NCBI GenBank assembly: GCA_001799795.1
Contig: MGUD01000019.1
Coordinates: 1-54,283 of the forward strand
DNA length: 54,283 bases
Direction of reading: 5' to 3'
DNA from: Elusimicrobia bacterium GWC2_61_19
Lineage (GTDB): Bacteria > Elusimicrobiota > Elusimicrobia > Elusimicrobiales > UBA9959
Below the pieces are notes generated by a model. It was not told the DNA's origin. It ran no database searches and worked only from the letters and a program-made list of their open reading frames with translations. Positions 18,180 to 27,673 of the stretch are shown one piece after another; the stretch's first letter is position 1; each line of letters opens with the position of its first letter. A program made the translations under genes and the position numbers.

Positions 18180-18877
18180 AAGCCATGATCTTTGCCGCGG
18201 GGCTGGGCACGCGCCTGCGCCCGCTCACCTACGAGCTCCCCAAGGCGCTGCTGGACGTGAACGGCGCGCCCCTGCTGGAGCTGGTTATGCGGCGCCTGGC
18301 CGCCGCCGGGGTGAAAGAATTCGTGGTGAACACCCACCATTTCCACGAAAAGATAGAGGCCTTCCTGCGCGCGAAGGATAATTTCGGGCTGAAGGTGGAA
18401 ATTTCCCGCGAGGCGGCTTTCCCGCTGGAGACCGGCGGCGGGCTGAAAAAAGCGGCGGCTTTTTTCAGCGACGGGACGCCTTTTTTCGCCTATAACGCCG
18501 ACGTCTATTCCGAAATGGACCTGGGCGCGCTTTACGCGGCGCATCTGGCCTCGGGCGCGCTGGTTACGCTAGCCGTGCGCGAGCGCCCGTCGAAGCGGCG
18601 TTTGCTTTTCGACGCGCGGATGGACCTGAAGGGGCGGGAAGGGGAAACGGCCGCCGCCGGGCTCAAGCCCTTCGCTTTCAGCGGCATCCAGGTCATCTCG
18701 CCAAGTATCTTTTCCGAGATCAGCGAGGAGGGGGTGTTCTCCGTCACCGGTGTCTACCTGCGCCTGGCCGCCGCGGGCAGGAAAATAAAAGGTTTCGAGG
18801 ACAGGTCCCCGTACTGGAGCGATATCGGCGACCCCGAGCGGCTCGAGGCCGTGCGTAAGCGGGCAAAACAATTATGA
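18176..18877 (+). CDS. murU: MurNAc alpha-1-phosphate uridylyltransferase
   Basis: [33 protein letters not shown]; coupled to the amgK-like gene. Confidence 0.75.
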   Translation: MKAMIFAAGLGTRLRPLTYELPKALLDVNGAPLLELVMRRLAAAGVKEFVVNTHHFHEKIEAFLRAKDNFGLKVEISREAAFPLETGGGLKKAAAFFSDGTPFFAYNADVYSEMDLGALYAAHLASGALVTLAVRERPSKRRLLFDARMDLKGREGETAAAGLKPFAFSGIQVISPSIFSEISEEGVFSVTGVYLRLAAAGRKIKGFEDRSPYWSDIGDPERLEAVRKRAKQL

Positions 18878-19287
18878 AACTTAAAGAACTGATGCGGGTG
18901 CTGATAAACGAAGAAATGCTGGACGTCAACGTCTACGCCGAGGAGGCGGAGCTCTTTGGCGCCGACCCGAAGCACGGCAAGGAAATAAAGGCGCTGTTCT
19001 CCGGCCTTGCCGAGGAGAAAAAAGCCCGCCTGAAAGAGATCGGGCGCATCTCCAAAGGCGGCACCGGTTTCCGCCAGCGCAAGACGGAAACGTCCCGCTC
19101 GGTAGAGGCCGCCCTGCGCCTGCACATTACGCGCGCCCAGACCGGCATCCGTCTCTACACGGAGCTGATAATCCTCCTGAAAAAACCGGAATTCAAGGAG
19201 AACATAGCCGCCATGTGCACGGCCGAACGCCGCACGCTCGCCGCGCTGAAAAAACTTCAGCTAAGCATAAAGGGCGGAAAAGCGTAA
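18874..19287 (+). CDS. Ferritin-like / rubrerythrin-like protein
   Basis: Four-helix pattern with EE..Y and LAEEK; metal-binding His residues appear degenerate. Confidence 0.5.
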   Translation: MKLKELMRVLINEEMLDVNVYAEEAELFGADPKHGKEIKALFSGLAEEKKARLKEIGRISKGGTGFRQRKTETSRSVEAALRLHITRAQTGIRLYTELIILLKKPEFKENIAAMCTAERRTLAALKKLQLSIKGGKA

Positions 19288-19290
19288 CGC

Positions 19291-19749
19291 ATGATCGCTT
19301 CCGACCTCGAAACTGTCGGCCGGCAGGCCGTGCCGTCGCCCGGTATCGAAAAGGCCCTGGCATTTCTGCGCCGGCCGGACGTGCGGGCCCTGCCCGACGG
19401 GAAATATGAGATAGACGGGGAGCGCGTCTTCGCCATCGTGCAGCGCTATGAGACCGCGGCGCCGGCCCGGCCCCGCTACGAAGCGCACAGGAAATATATA
19501 GACCTGCAGTTCATCGCCGCCGGCGCCGAAGTTATCGGCTGGGCGCCGCTGGGCCTGCTGGCCGTCACGGAGCCCTACGACGCGGCTAAGGATATCTGTT
19601 TCGGCGCGGTCCCCGCGGGTAAGGACGCCGCCGTCCGCCTGGGGGCCGGCCAGCTGGCGGTGCTCTATCCGGAAGACGCCCACGCGCCCAGGCTGGCCGC
19701 GGGGGCGCCCGGCCCGGTCACAAAGATAGTGGTTAAAGTTCTGGTGTAG
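19291..19749 (+). CDS. YhcH/YjgK/YiaL family protein
   Basis: EAHRKYIDLQ, YDAAKD, PEDAHAP, KIVVKV. Confidence 0.92.
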   Translation: MIASDLETVGRQAVPSPGIEKALAFLRRPDVRALPDGKYEIDGERVFAIVQRYETAAPARPRYEAHRKYIDLQFIAAGAEVIGWAPLGLLAVTEPYDAAKDICFGAVPAGKDAAVRLGAGQLAVLYPEDAHAPRLAAGAPGPVTKIVVKVLV

Positions 19750-19769
19750 GTCCGCCCGCGCGAAATTTT

Positions 19770-20546
19770 ATGGCAAAACAAAAAATAGCCGACGGCTCCG
19801 AGGTTTACTGGGACGGAGCCCAGTATGACGCCTTCAACCAGCCCTACGCGGACGACATGAAGTTCCTGCTGGCCGAGGCGAAAAAGGCCCGCGGGCCCGT
19901 GCTGGAGCTGGCCTGCGGCACCGGCCGCCTGACTATTCCTTTAAAGAGGGCCGGTATAGATATCACCGGTTTGGACCTCGCGGCCCCGATGCTCGCACAG
20001 GCCAGGGGCAAGGCCGCCGAGGCCGGTGTGAAAGTGAATTTTGTGCGCGGGGACGCCCGCAATTTCCGGCTCGGGCGGCGGTTCAAGCTGATATTCATGG
20101 CTTTCAACTCCCTGCAGCATATCGGCCGCCGCCAGGACCTTGAGGCCCTTTTTTTCTGCGTTTCCAGGCATCTGGCCCCGGGGGGGCGGTTCATTTTCGA
20201 CGTTTTCAACCCGAATCCGCACTGCCTGGTGCGCGACTGCGACGAACTGCTGCCGGTGGCTTATTATCAGGACCCCGCCGGCGGGGGCAAAATGCTCGTC
20301 AACGAACAATATTCCTATGACAGGGCGGCCCAGGTTTCGCGCCTGACCTGGCATTACAGGCGTGAAAAAGACGGGAAAACGCTTAAAAAAAGCCTTAATC
20401 TGCGGTGTTTTTACCCAGAGGAGCTGAGAGCGCTGGTCCATTACAACGGTTTTAAGGTCCTGGCCAGGTACGGGGACTTTGAGCGGGGGGCGTTCAGCGG
20501 TGATTCCCTGAAACAGGTGCTGGTTTGCGCCCCGCGGGCTAAATAG
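19770..20546 (+). CDS. Class I SAM-dependent methyltransferase
   Basis: VLELACGTGR motif I, GDAR, LAPGGRFIFD. Confidence 0.9.
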   Translation: MAKQKIADGSEVYWDGAQYDAFNQPYADDMKFLLAEAKKARGPVLELACGTGRLTIPLKRAGIDITGLDLAAPMLAQARGKAAEAGVKVNFVRGDARNFRLGRRFKLIFMAFNSLQHIGRRQDLEALFFCVSRHLAPGGRFIFDVFNPNPHCLVRDCDELLPVAYYQDPAGGGKMLVNEQYSYDRAAQVSRLTWHYRREKDGKTLKKSLNLRCFYPEELRALVHYNGFKVLARYGDFERGAFSGDSLKQVLVCAPRAK

Positions 20547-20575
20547 TTGAAACTCCGGCCTAAATTTGGTATCCT
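20547..20575 (+). promoter_or_regulatory. rpsF operon promoter
   Basis: TTGAAA-N17-TATCCT with TG extension, 9 nt before the ATG. Confidence 0.65.
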
Positions 20576-20584
20576 AAACCTACT

Positions 20585-20893
20585 ATGAACACTTATGAGT
20601 TAATGTTGATCATCAACCCCCAGCTTTCAGACGCCGAGATCGCTGAGGCCGTGGAAAAGGCCAAGAAGATCCTGACCGACGAGAAAGCGGAAGTCCTTGC
20701 CGAAGACAGGCTGGGCCGCAAAAAATTCTCTCACGCCGTGGGCAAGAACCGCGACGGCTTCTACATTTACATGAAGGTCAAAGCCGCTCCCGAGAGCGTG
20801 AAGGCCATAAACCACAGCCTGAACCTGCAGGAAACCGTCCTGCGCGCCATGATGATGAAGGCGTCGGCGGAGCAGCCCGTTAAGAAAGCCTAA
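20585..20893 (+). CDS. rpsF: 30S ribosomal protein S6
   Basis: YELMLIINP, GRKK, GFY, VLR; rpsF-ssb-rpsR synteny. Confidence 0.95.
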   Translation: MNTYELMLIINPQLSDAEIAEAVEKAKKILTDEKAEVLAEDRLGRKKFSHAVGKNRDGFYIYMKVKAAPESVKAINHSLNLQETVLRAMMMKASAEQPVKKA

Positions 20894-20910
20894 GGGCCCG
20901 CGAGGGGATC

Positions 20911-21357
20911 ATGGATATCCGTATTCCCGAGCTCAACCAGGTCCTTATCGCCGGCAGGCTGACGCGCGATCCCGAACTGCGCTTCACCCAGAAAGGCCTT
21001 GGAGTAGCTTCCTTTTCGCTGGCCGCCAACCGGCCGCACAAAGATCCGGTCTCCGGGGAATGGAAAGACGACACGACTTTCATTTCCGTGAACGTTTGGG
21101 GCGAGGCCGCCGAGCGCTGCAAGGATAAGTTGAAGAAAGGCAGCCCGGTCATGGTGGAAGGCCGCCTGGTTAATTCGGAGTATACCGATAGATCCGGCCA
21201 GAAGCGCAAAGAGATAAAGATAAACGCCCGCAGGGTCCAGTCCCTGGCCAAAAGCGGGACCGACGCAGGCGAAGCGCCCCCGCCCCGAGAGGCGGAGGAG
21301 AAACCCGAAGCGGAGCCGCGAAGCGACGCCAACGGCATAGAAGAAGTACCGTTTTAA
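20911..21357 (+). CDS. ssb: Single-stranded DNA-binding protein
   Basis: NQVLIAGRLTRDPELR, VEGRL, acidic tail EEVPF. Confidence 0.97.
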   Translation: MDIRIPELNQVLIAGRLTRDPELRFTQKGLGVASFSLAANRPHKDPVSGEWKDDTTFISVNVWGEAAERCKDKLKKGSPVMVEGRLVNSEYTDRSGQKRKEIKINARRVQSLAKSGTDAGEAPPPREAEEKPEAEPRSDANGIEEVPF

Positions 21358-21379
21358 AACTAGCGCAGGAGCAAAAACT

Positions 21380-21706
21380 ATGGAGAACAAAGAAACAACC
21401 CCCGCCGTTCAGCCCGCAGCCGCACCCCGGCCCATGGGCGCACCCCCCATGCACCGCGACTCGGCCGGCCCCCGCCGCCCCGGCGGTCCCCGCAGGTTCG
21501 CCCCGCGCCGCAAGGTGTGCAGGCTCTGCGCCGAGCACATAGACCTGGTGGACTACAAACAGGCGCAGATCGTAAAGACCTTCTGCACCGACACCGGCAA
21601 GATCCTTTCCCGCCGCATCACCGGCGCCTGCGCCAAGCATCAGCGCCAGATAATGAGGGCGGTAAAGATCAACCGCAACCTGTCCCTCATGTCCTACAGC
21701 GGCTGA
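21380..21706 (+). CDS. rpsR: 30S ribosomal protein S18 (Cys-containing type)
   Basis: RRKVCRLC, VDYK, GKILSRRITGACAKHQR. Confidence 0.97.
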   Translation: MENKETTPAVQPAAAPRPMGAPPMHRDSAGPRRPGGPRRFAPRRKVCRLCAEHIDLVDYKQAQIVKTFCTDTGKILSRRITGACAKHQRQIMRAVKINRNLSLMSYSG

Positions 21707-21740
21707 TCGCCGTCCCATAAACCAGTACTGGAGCTTTAAA

Positions 21741-22190
21741 ATGAAAGTCATACTTAAGAAAGACATCCTTAACCTCGGCCGTTCCGGCGAAATAAAGACC
21801 GTGAAAGACGGCTATGCCCGCAACTTCCTGATGCCCCGCGGCCTGGTGGAAACCGCCACCGGCGGCTCCCTGAAGGCCTGGAAGAACAGCGCCGAAAAGC
21901 GCGCCAAGCGCGTGGCCGCCGAGGACGGCGCCACCAACGAGCTGGCCAAACGCCTTTCCGCCATCACCCTTTCCTTCTCGCGCCCCGTCTCCGAAGACGG
22001 CGTGATGTTCGGATCGGTGGCCAAGAGCGACATCATAAAGAACCTGGCCGCCGCCGACATCGAGATCAACAAGGACATGATACGCCTGCCGGCCTCCCTG
22101 AAAGCCGTGGGCACCTTCGAAGTCGAGATCGCCCTGAAGCCGCATATAGCGGCCAAGGTGAAAGTGGCGGTTTCGGCCCAGAGCAAGTAA
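21741..22190 (+). CDS. rplI: 50S ribosomal protein L9
   Basis: MKVIL, LGRSG, VKDGYARNFL, FGSV. Confidence 0.97.
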   Translation: MKVILKKDILNLGRSGEIKTVKDGYARNFLMPRGLVETATGGSLKAWKNSAEKRAKRVAAEDGATNELAKRLSAITLSFSRPVSEDGVMFGSVAKSDIIKNLAAADIEINKDMIRLPASLKAVGTFEVEIALKPHIAAKVKVAVSAQSK

Positions 22191-22258
22191 TAGTCTTCCT
22201 TAATTAACGCCCGGGTCCGGCTTCCAATGCCCGGCCCGGGTTTAACTTAGCAGGGGGC

Positions 22259-23647
22259 GTGGTTATGGCCTACAACAAAGTTCCTCCAAATTCACTCGAG
22301 GCCGAAATGGCCGTTCTCGGGGCCATGCTCATCGAGAAAGAAGTCATAGAGAGCGTCACGGAGACGCTCCTGCCCAAGAATTTCTACAGCGGCGTCCACA
22401 GCCAGATCTACGAGGCCATCCTGGACCTGCGCGCCCGCAACCTGCCGGTGGACGTGGTCACCCTGTCCGAAGAATTGAAGAAAACCGGCCGCCTGGAAGA
22501 GCTTGGCGGCCAGAAATACCTGGCCGACCTGATGGAAAAAGTTTCCACCGCGGCCCATACCCAGGCTTACGCCCAGATAGTAAAGGAAAAGTCCGTCCTG
22601 CGCGACCTCATCCGTGTCTCCACCGCCGTGGTGGAGAAGTCTTTCGAGGGGTCCGAGGAAGTGGACCGCATCCTGGATTTCGCGCAGGAGCAGGTGCTGG
22701 GCGTGGCGCAGAAGAACACGGACCACGGCTTCTCCGCGGCCTCCGACCTGGCCAAGGAAGTGCTGGACCGGATAGAAAAATATTATTCCAACCATTCCGC
22801 CATCACCGGTGTGCCCACGGGATTTAGCCGCCTCGACGACATGACCGGCGGCCTGCAGAAGTCCGACCTGATCATCCTGGCGGCCCGCCCCAGCCAGGGC
22901 AAGACCGCCATGGCCCTTAACATGGCCTACCACGCCTGCGTCGAGAAAAAGATCCCCACCGCTTTCTTTTCGCTGGAAATGAACAAGCATTCCATCATGC
23001 AGCGTATGATCTGCTCGGCCGCGCGCGCCAACCTCAGCGGCGTCAGGAACGGCCGCCTGCCCCGCGAGATCTGGCCCAGCCTCACCCGCCACACGGCGGA
23101 GGTGTCGGAATCCCCGCTTTACATCGACGACTCTCCCGGCCTGAACATCCTGGAGATCCGCAACCGCACCCGCAAGCTGATGCACCAGCTTAAGGCCGAA
23201 GGCAAGCAGCTGGGCCTGATCATCATCGACTACCTCCAGCTGATCCGCGGCGCCGGCAAGACCGAAAGCCGCCAGCAGGAAGTCTCGGAGATCTCCCGCC
23301 TGCTCAAGGACCTGGCGCGTTCGCTGGAAGTGCCGGTCATGGCGCTCTCGCAGCTTAACCGCCGCAGCGAGGACAAGGGCCGCGAGGGCAACCGCCCGCA
23401 GCTTTCCGACCTGCGCGACTCGGGCTCCATAGAGCAGGACGCCGATGTGGTGGGCCTGATCCACCGCCCCGAATATTACAACCGCACCGACCCGACCCTT
23501 AAGAATCAGGCCATCCTTATAATAGCCAAGCAGCGCAACGGCCCCGTCGGCGACGTCGAGCTGGCTTTCTTCCACGAATACACCAAGTTCGAGAACCCGG
23601 CCATGCCCGGCATTGAATCCGCGGTGCCGGAAGAGGCAGTTTTTTAA
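22259..23647 (+). CDS. dnaB: Replicative DNA helicase
   Basis: AARPSQGKT, FSLEM, IDYLQL, LSQLNR, DLRDSGSIEQDAD, KQRNGP; no intein. Confidence 0.98.
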   Translation: MVMAYNKVPPNSLEAEMAVLGAMLIEKEVIESVTETLLPKNFYSGVHSQIYEAILDLRARNLPVDVVTLSEELKKTGRLEELGGQKYLADLMEKVSTAAHTQAYAQIVKEKSVLRDLIRVSTAVVEKSFEGSEEVDRILDFAQEQVLGVAQKNTDHGFSAASDLAKEVLDRIEKYYSNHSAITGVPTGFSRLDDMTGGLQKSDLIILAARPSQGKTAMALNMAYHACVEKKIPTAFFSLEMNKHSIMQRMICSAARANLSGVRNGRLPREIWPSLTRHTAEVSESPLYIDDSPGLNILEIRNRTRKLMHQLKAEGKQLGLIIIDYLQLIRGAGKTESRQQEVSEISRLLKDLARSLEVPVMALSQLNRRSEDKGREGNRPQLSDLRDSGSIEQDADVVGLIHRPEYYNRTDPTLKNQAILIIAKQRNGPVGDVELAFFHEYTKFENPAMPGIESAVPEEAVF

Positions 23648-23657
23648 CCAGGGAGAC

Positions 23658-24758
23658 ATGGCCATAACCCTCAGGCCGACCATCGCCGAAATACGGCTTT
23701 CCGCCGTACGCAGGAACCTGCAAAAACTCAAGAAAACAGCCGCGCCCGCGCGCGTGCTTTTTGTGGTGAAGGCCAACGCCTACGGCCACGGCGCGGCCGC
23801 GCTCGCCCGGCTGGCGGAGCGCGAGGACCTCGCCTGGGGCTTCGGCGTCTCTTCGGTGGAAGAGGGGCTGGCGCTGCGCGCGGGCGGCATTATAAGCCCC
23901 GTGCTGGTGCTGGGCAGTCTTTACCCTTTTGAAAGCTTCGTGGAGGCCATCAACGCCGACCTGATGATGACCATCGCGAGCCAGGACGCCGCGCGCCAGG
24001 TGATAGAGGCCGCCCGCCGCCTGGGCAAGAAGGCCGTCTGCCATATAAAGCTGGAAACCGGCATGGGCCGCATCGGCGCGCGCAAGCCCGCCGCCCTTAA
24101 GATCTACGACGAGCTTTCCGCCTCCGGCGCGGTTTCCGTGGCCGGGGTCTATACCCATCTCTCCAGCGCCGACACCGACCCGGCCTATACGGCCGGGCAG
24201 CTCGGCTTTCTCACCGAAACGGTTTCCGCGCTGGCCGAGCGCGGGGCGCGCGGCCTCACTTTTCACGCGGCCAATTCCTGCGCCGCCGTCAACCTGCCGG
24301 CCAGCCGCCTGAACATGGTGCGCTGCGGCATAGCCGCGTACGGGCTGGCGGAAGGTTTCGAACCCGCCATGACGCTGAAGACCAGGATCGTTTTCATCAA
24401 GAACGTGCGCGAGGGCGCCTTCATCAGTTATAACAAGTCCTTCCGGGCCGACCGCCCCATGAAGATAGCCACCATTCCGGCCGGTTACGGCGACGGCTAT
24501 ATCCGCAGGTTCTCCAACAAGGCGGACGTGCTGATAGGCGGCCGGCGCTGCCGCGTGCTGGGCAACGTTACCATGGACATGACCATGGTGGACGTTACCC
24601 ATGTGAAGGACGCGGCGGTCGGGTCGGAAGCGGTGCTGCTGGGCCGCCAGGGCCGCGAGGAAATAACCGCGGCCGAACTGGCCGCCATGGCCGACACCAT
24701 CACCTATGAAATAGTCACCCTGGTCTCGGGCCGGGTGCCGAGGGTGTACGTGGAATGA
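23658..24758 (+). CDS. alr: Alanine racemase
   Basis: VVKANAYGHG, ETGMGRIG, GYGDG, TMD, ITYE; GGGAG RBS before ATG 23658. Confidence 0.96.
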   Translation: MAITLRPTIAEIRLSAVRRNLQKLKKTAAPARVLFVVKANAYGHGAAALARLAEREDLAWGFGVSSVEEGLALRAGGIISPVLVLGSLYPFESFVEAINADLMMTIASQDAARQVIEAARRLGKKAVCHIKLETGMGRIGARKPAALKIYDELSASGAVSVAGVYTHLSSADTDPAYTAGQLGFLTETVSALAERGARGLTFHAANSCAAVNLPASRLNMVRCGIAAYGLAEGFEPAMTLKTRIVFIKNVREGAFISYNKSFRADRPMKIATIPAGYGDGYIRRFSNKADVLIGGRRCRVLGNVTMDMTMVDVTHVKDAAVGSEAVLLGRQGREEITAAELAAMADTITYEIVTLVSGRVPRVYVE

Positions 24759-25543
24759 AATTTTCATTTACCGAAAAAGTAGGGCATGAGTTCATGAACC
24801 TGGCGGAAGCGCTGGGCGGCGCGGCGCTCATGCTGAAGTCCGTGGCGTTCTGGATGTTCCGGTCCAAGTTCGAGGCGAAAGAGACCGTAAAGCAGGCCGT
24901 CAAGATAGGCGTTGATTCTTTTACCGTGGTGGCGCTGACCAGCTTTTTTACCGGCATGGTGCTGGCGCTGCAGATGGGCCATTCCATGAAGAATCTTTTC
25001 AACGAGCCGATGTATATCGGCACCATGGTGGCCTTCTCGATGCTGAAAGAGCTCGGGCCGGTGCTCACTTCCATAGTGGTGGCGGGCCGCGCCGGCGCGG
25101 TGGTCACGGCGGAAATAGGCACCATGCAGGTGACCGAACAGATCGACGCGCTCTATACGCTGGGTACCAACCCGACGCGCTACCTGCTGGTGCCGCGTTA
25201 TATAGCGTTCATGATCACCCTGCCGCTGCTCACGGTGTTCGCCGATTTTATCGGCGTGCTGGGCGGCTGCATCGTGGGCATGGTAAAGCTGGGCGTCCCC
25301 ACTTCCGTCTACTACGACGATATCTTCACCTACCTCGAGGTGGGGGACTTTCTGCACGGTTTTCTCAAGACTTATTTCTTCGCTTTCATGATCGCCACGG
25401 TGTCCTGCTACAAAGGCCTTAACACCAAAGGCGGCGCGGAAGGCGTGGGCAAGTCCACCACGGAGGCGGTGGTGGTCAGCATGGTGCTGGTGATGGTGCT
25501 GGATTATTTCATAAGCGCGCTGCTGGTGGCGGTGGGGATATGA
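24755..25543 (+). CDS. mlaE: MlaE lipid ABC transporter permease
   Basis: ELGPVLT, GRAGA, EQIDAL, GGAEGVG. Confidence 0.94.
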   Translation: MKFSFTEKVGHEFMNLAEALGGAALMLKSVAFWMFRSKFEAKETVKQAVKIGVDSFTVVALTSFFTGMVLALQMGHSMKNLFNEPMYIGTMVAFSMLKELGPVLTSIVVAGRAGAVVTAEIGTMQVTEQIDALYTLGTNPTRYLLVPRYIAFMITLPLLTVFADFIGVLGGCIVGMVKLGVPTSVYYDDIFTYLEVGDFLHGFLKTYFFAFMIATVSCYKGLNTKGGAEGVGKSTTEAVVVSMVLVMVLDYFISALLVAVGI

Positions 25544-26280
25544 TAGAGATCAGGAACCTCGTGAAGAATTTTCCGGACCGCAAGGTTCTCGACGGGATCA
25601 GCGCCGAAATAAAGGACGGGGAGCTGTTCAGCGTTATCGGGCCTTCGGGCACCGGCAAGAGCACGTTCATAAAGTGCCTCATCCGCCTTATCAAACCCGA
25701 GGGCGGGCAGATCATCGTGGACGGGCAGGACATCGCCTCCACGTCCAGTGAATTTACCCTGGCCAAGGTGCGGCGCAGTTTCGGCTACCTGTTCCAGGAG
25801 GGGGCGCTGTTCGATTCCCTGACGGTGCTGGAGAACGTGGCGTTCGGCCTGAAATATCTTACCGACACGCCCAAAAGCGACTATCCGCGCATAGTCAAAG
25901 AAAAGCTGGCGCTGGTGGGCTTGAAGGACGTCGAGCACCTTAAACCCGCGGAGCTTTCGGTGGGCATGAAGAAACGCGTGTCTCTGGCGCGCTCGATAGC
26001 GGCCGAGCCGAAGTATATGCTTTACGACGAGCCCACCACGGGCCTGGACCCGGTCACTACCGGCATGGTCAAAGACCTGATAACCGGCATGCACGAGAAG
26101 CTGGGCATAACCACCGTGGTGGTCACGCACGACCTTAACCTGGCGCTGGAGATCTCCAGCCGGGTGGCTATGCTGACCGGCGGCAAATTCGCCGAGGTCG
26201 GGGAACCGGCCAAATTCCGCCGGTCGGAGAACGCCGCCGTAAAGGAATTCATGGAGATCTCCCACCTGTCGCGCGAGTAA
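25540..26280 (+). CDS. mlaF: MlaF ABC transporter ATPase
   Basis: GPSGTGKS, FQEGALFDS, LSVGMKKRV, YDEPTTGLDP, VTHD. Confidence 0.93.
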   Translation: MIEIRNLVKNFPDRKVLDGISAEIKDGELFSVIGPSGTGKSTFIKCLIRLIKPEGGQIIVDGQDIASTSSEFTLAKVRRSFGYLFQEGALFDSLTVLENVAFGLKYLTDTPKSDYPRIVKEKLALVGLKDVEHLKPAELSVGMKKRVSLARSIAAEPKYMLYDEPTTGLDPVTTGMVKDLITGMHEKLGITTVVVTHDLNLALEISSRVAMLTGGKFAEVGEPAKFRRSENAAVKEFMEISHLSRE

Positions 26281-26380
26281 CCGCAAAATCACCTCCGAAT
26301 CCGCCAATCCGCGCTTTTTCTTTTAGTATAATGGATATCGTATATAGATATCATTGGGTTTCGGTGTTTTAAAGGATCTC

Positions 26381-27673
26381 ATGAACGGCGAGATGAAAGT
26401 CGGGTTATTCGTGCTGGTCGGCTCCGTCCTTTTCGGAGCGGCCCTTTTCCTGCTGGGGGATTATTCCTTCCAGAGCTATTACACCATTAAAGCCGAGTTC
26501 GCGGACGTGGCCGGCCTGCCGGATAAGGCCACCGTCAAACTGTCCGGCGTGGAAGTGGGCAAGATAAAGACCATTTACCTGAAAGACGACAAAGTGGTGG
26601 TGCAGCTCGCCATCCGCGAGGGCGTCAAGATCTACCGCGGCGCCAGGTTCGCGGTGGGCTCCACCAGCGTTATCGGCTCCAAGTTCCTGCAGGTGGACCA
26701 GGGGACGCCGGCGCTGGGCCATGTGGAAGCCGGTGAGACCGTGCGCGGCGAGGAGATAGTCCCTCTGGACAGGGCGGTGGCGCGCGCCGTGGCCAGCATG
26801 GAAGCCCTGGTCTCCGACATCCGGGGCGAGGGAAAGCTCGCCAAGAGCATGCAGGAGATCCTGGATAACCTGCGCGATATTACGGCCAACGTCAACGACC
26901 TGGTGGCCAACGGCCAGCCGCACGCCCAAAAAGCCATGGAGCGCATGGATTCCATCACCGCCAAGCTGGACGCCCTGCTCACCAAGACCGACGAGGTGGT
27001 GGGCAAGATCAACCGCGGGGACGGCGTGGCGGGAGCCCTGGTGTCGGACACCCAGATGAAGGATAACGTCAGCGCCGCCATCACCAACATGCGCGACGCC
27101 AGCGCCTCGGTAAAGGAAGCCATGGGCCGCGTGACGGGCTTCCACACCTACCTGAAGTGGGATTATAAGTACGAGCCGCTGGCCCGTTCCTCCAAGAATA
27201 ATTTCGGCCTGAAGATCTATCCCCGCGCCGGCCGCTATTACTATATCGGCGCGGCCAACCTGACGAACGTTAAGGACAGGGTGGAAGGCGTCGACTACGA
27301 GACGCTGAACACCGTGGACGCCCAGCTCGGCTGGGACGTGGGGGGCTTCGACCTCTACGCCGGCGTGCTGCACGGCTCCGGCGGCGCCGGTCTGCGCTGG
27401 AAACCTTTCTTTAATTCCAAGTGGGACCGCCTCAGCGTGATCGTGGAAGGCTCGGAATTCGGCCGCGACCGCCGCATAAAGGGCAGGAATTTCAACGATC
27501 CGCGTTACGACGCGGGTGTGGACGTGGCTATCAATAAATATGTTTCGGCGGGCGTGCGCCTTAACGACATGCTGGAGACCAAGCGCGTAAATTACACCAC
27601 GCGGCTGATCTTCGAGGATAAGGACATCTCCTATCTTTTCGGTTTCGCCACGCTCGGCTCGCTTAAAAAATGA
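26381..27673 (+). CDS. mlaD: MlaD/MCE protein with helical linker and probable C-terminal beta-barrel
   Basis: TM helix, MCE motif GL...V.LSGVEVGKI, long helical region, beta-strand-rich C-terminal half. Confidence 0.85.
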   Translation: MNGEMKVGLFVLVGSVLFGAALFLLGDYSFQSYYTIKAEFADVAGLPDKATVKLSGVEVGKIKTIYLKDDKVVVQLAIREGVKIYRGARFAVGSTSVIGSKFLQVDQGTPALGHVEAGETVRGEEIVPLDRAVARAVASMEALVSDIRGEGKLAKSMQEILDNLRDITANVNDLVANGQPHAQKAMERMDSITAKLDALLTKTDEVVGKINRGDGVAGALVSDTQMKDNVSAAITNMRDASASVKEAMGRVTGFHTYLKWDYKYEPLARSSKNNFGLKIYPRAGRYYYIGAANLTNVKDRVEGVDYETLNTVDAQLGWDVGGFDLYAGVLHGSGGAGLRWKPFFNSKWDRLSVIVEGSEFGRDRRIKGRNFNDPRYDAGVDVAINKYVSAGVRLNDMLETKRVNYTTRLIFEDKDISYLFGFATLGSLKK

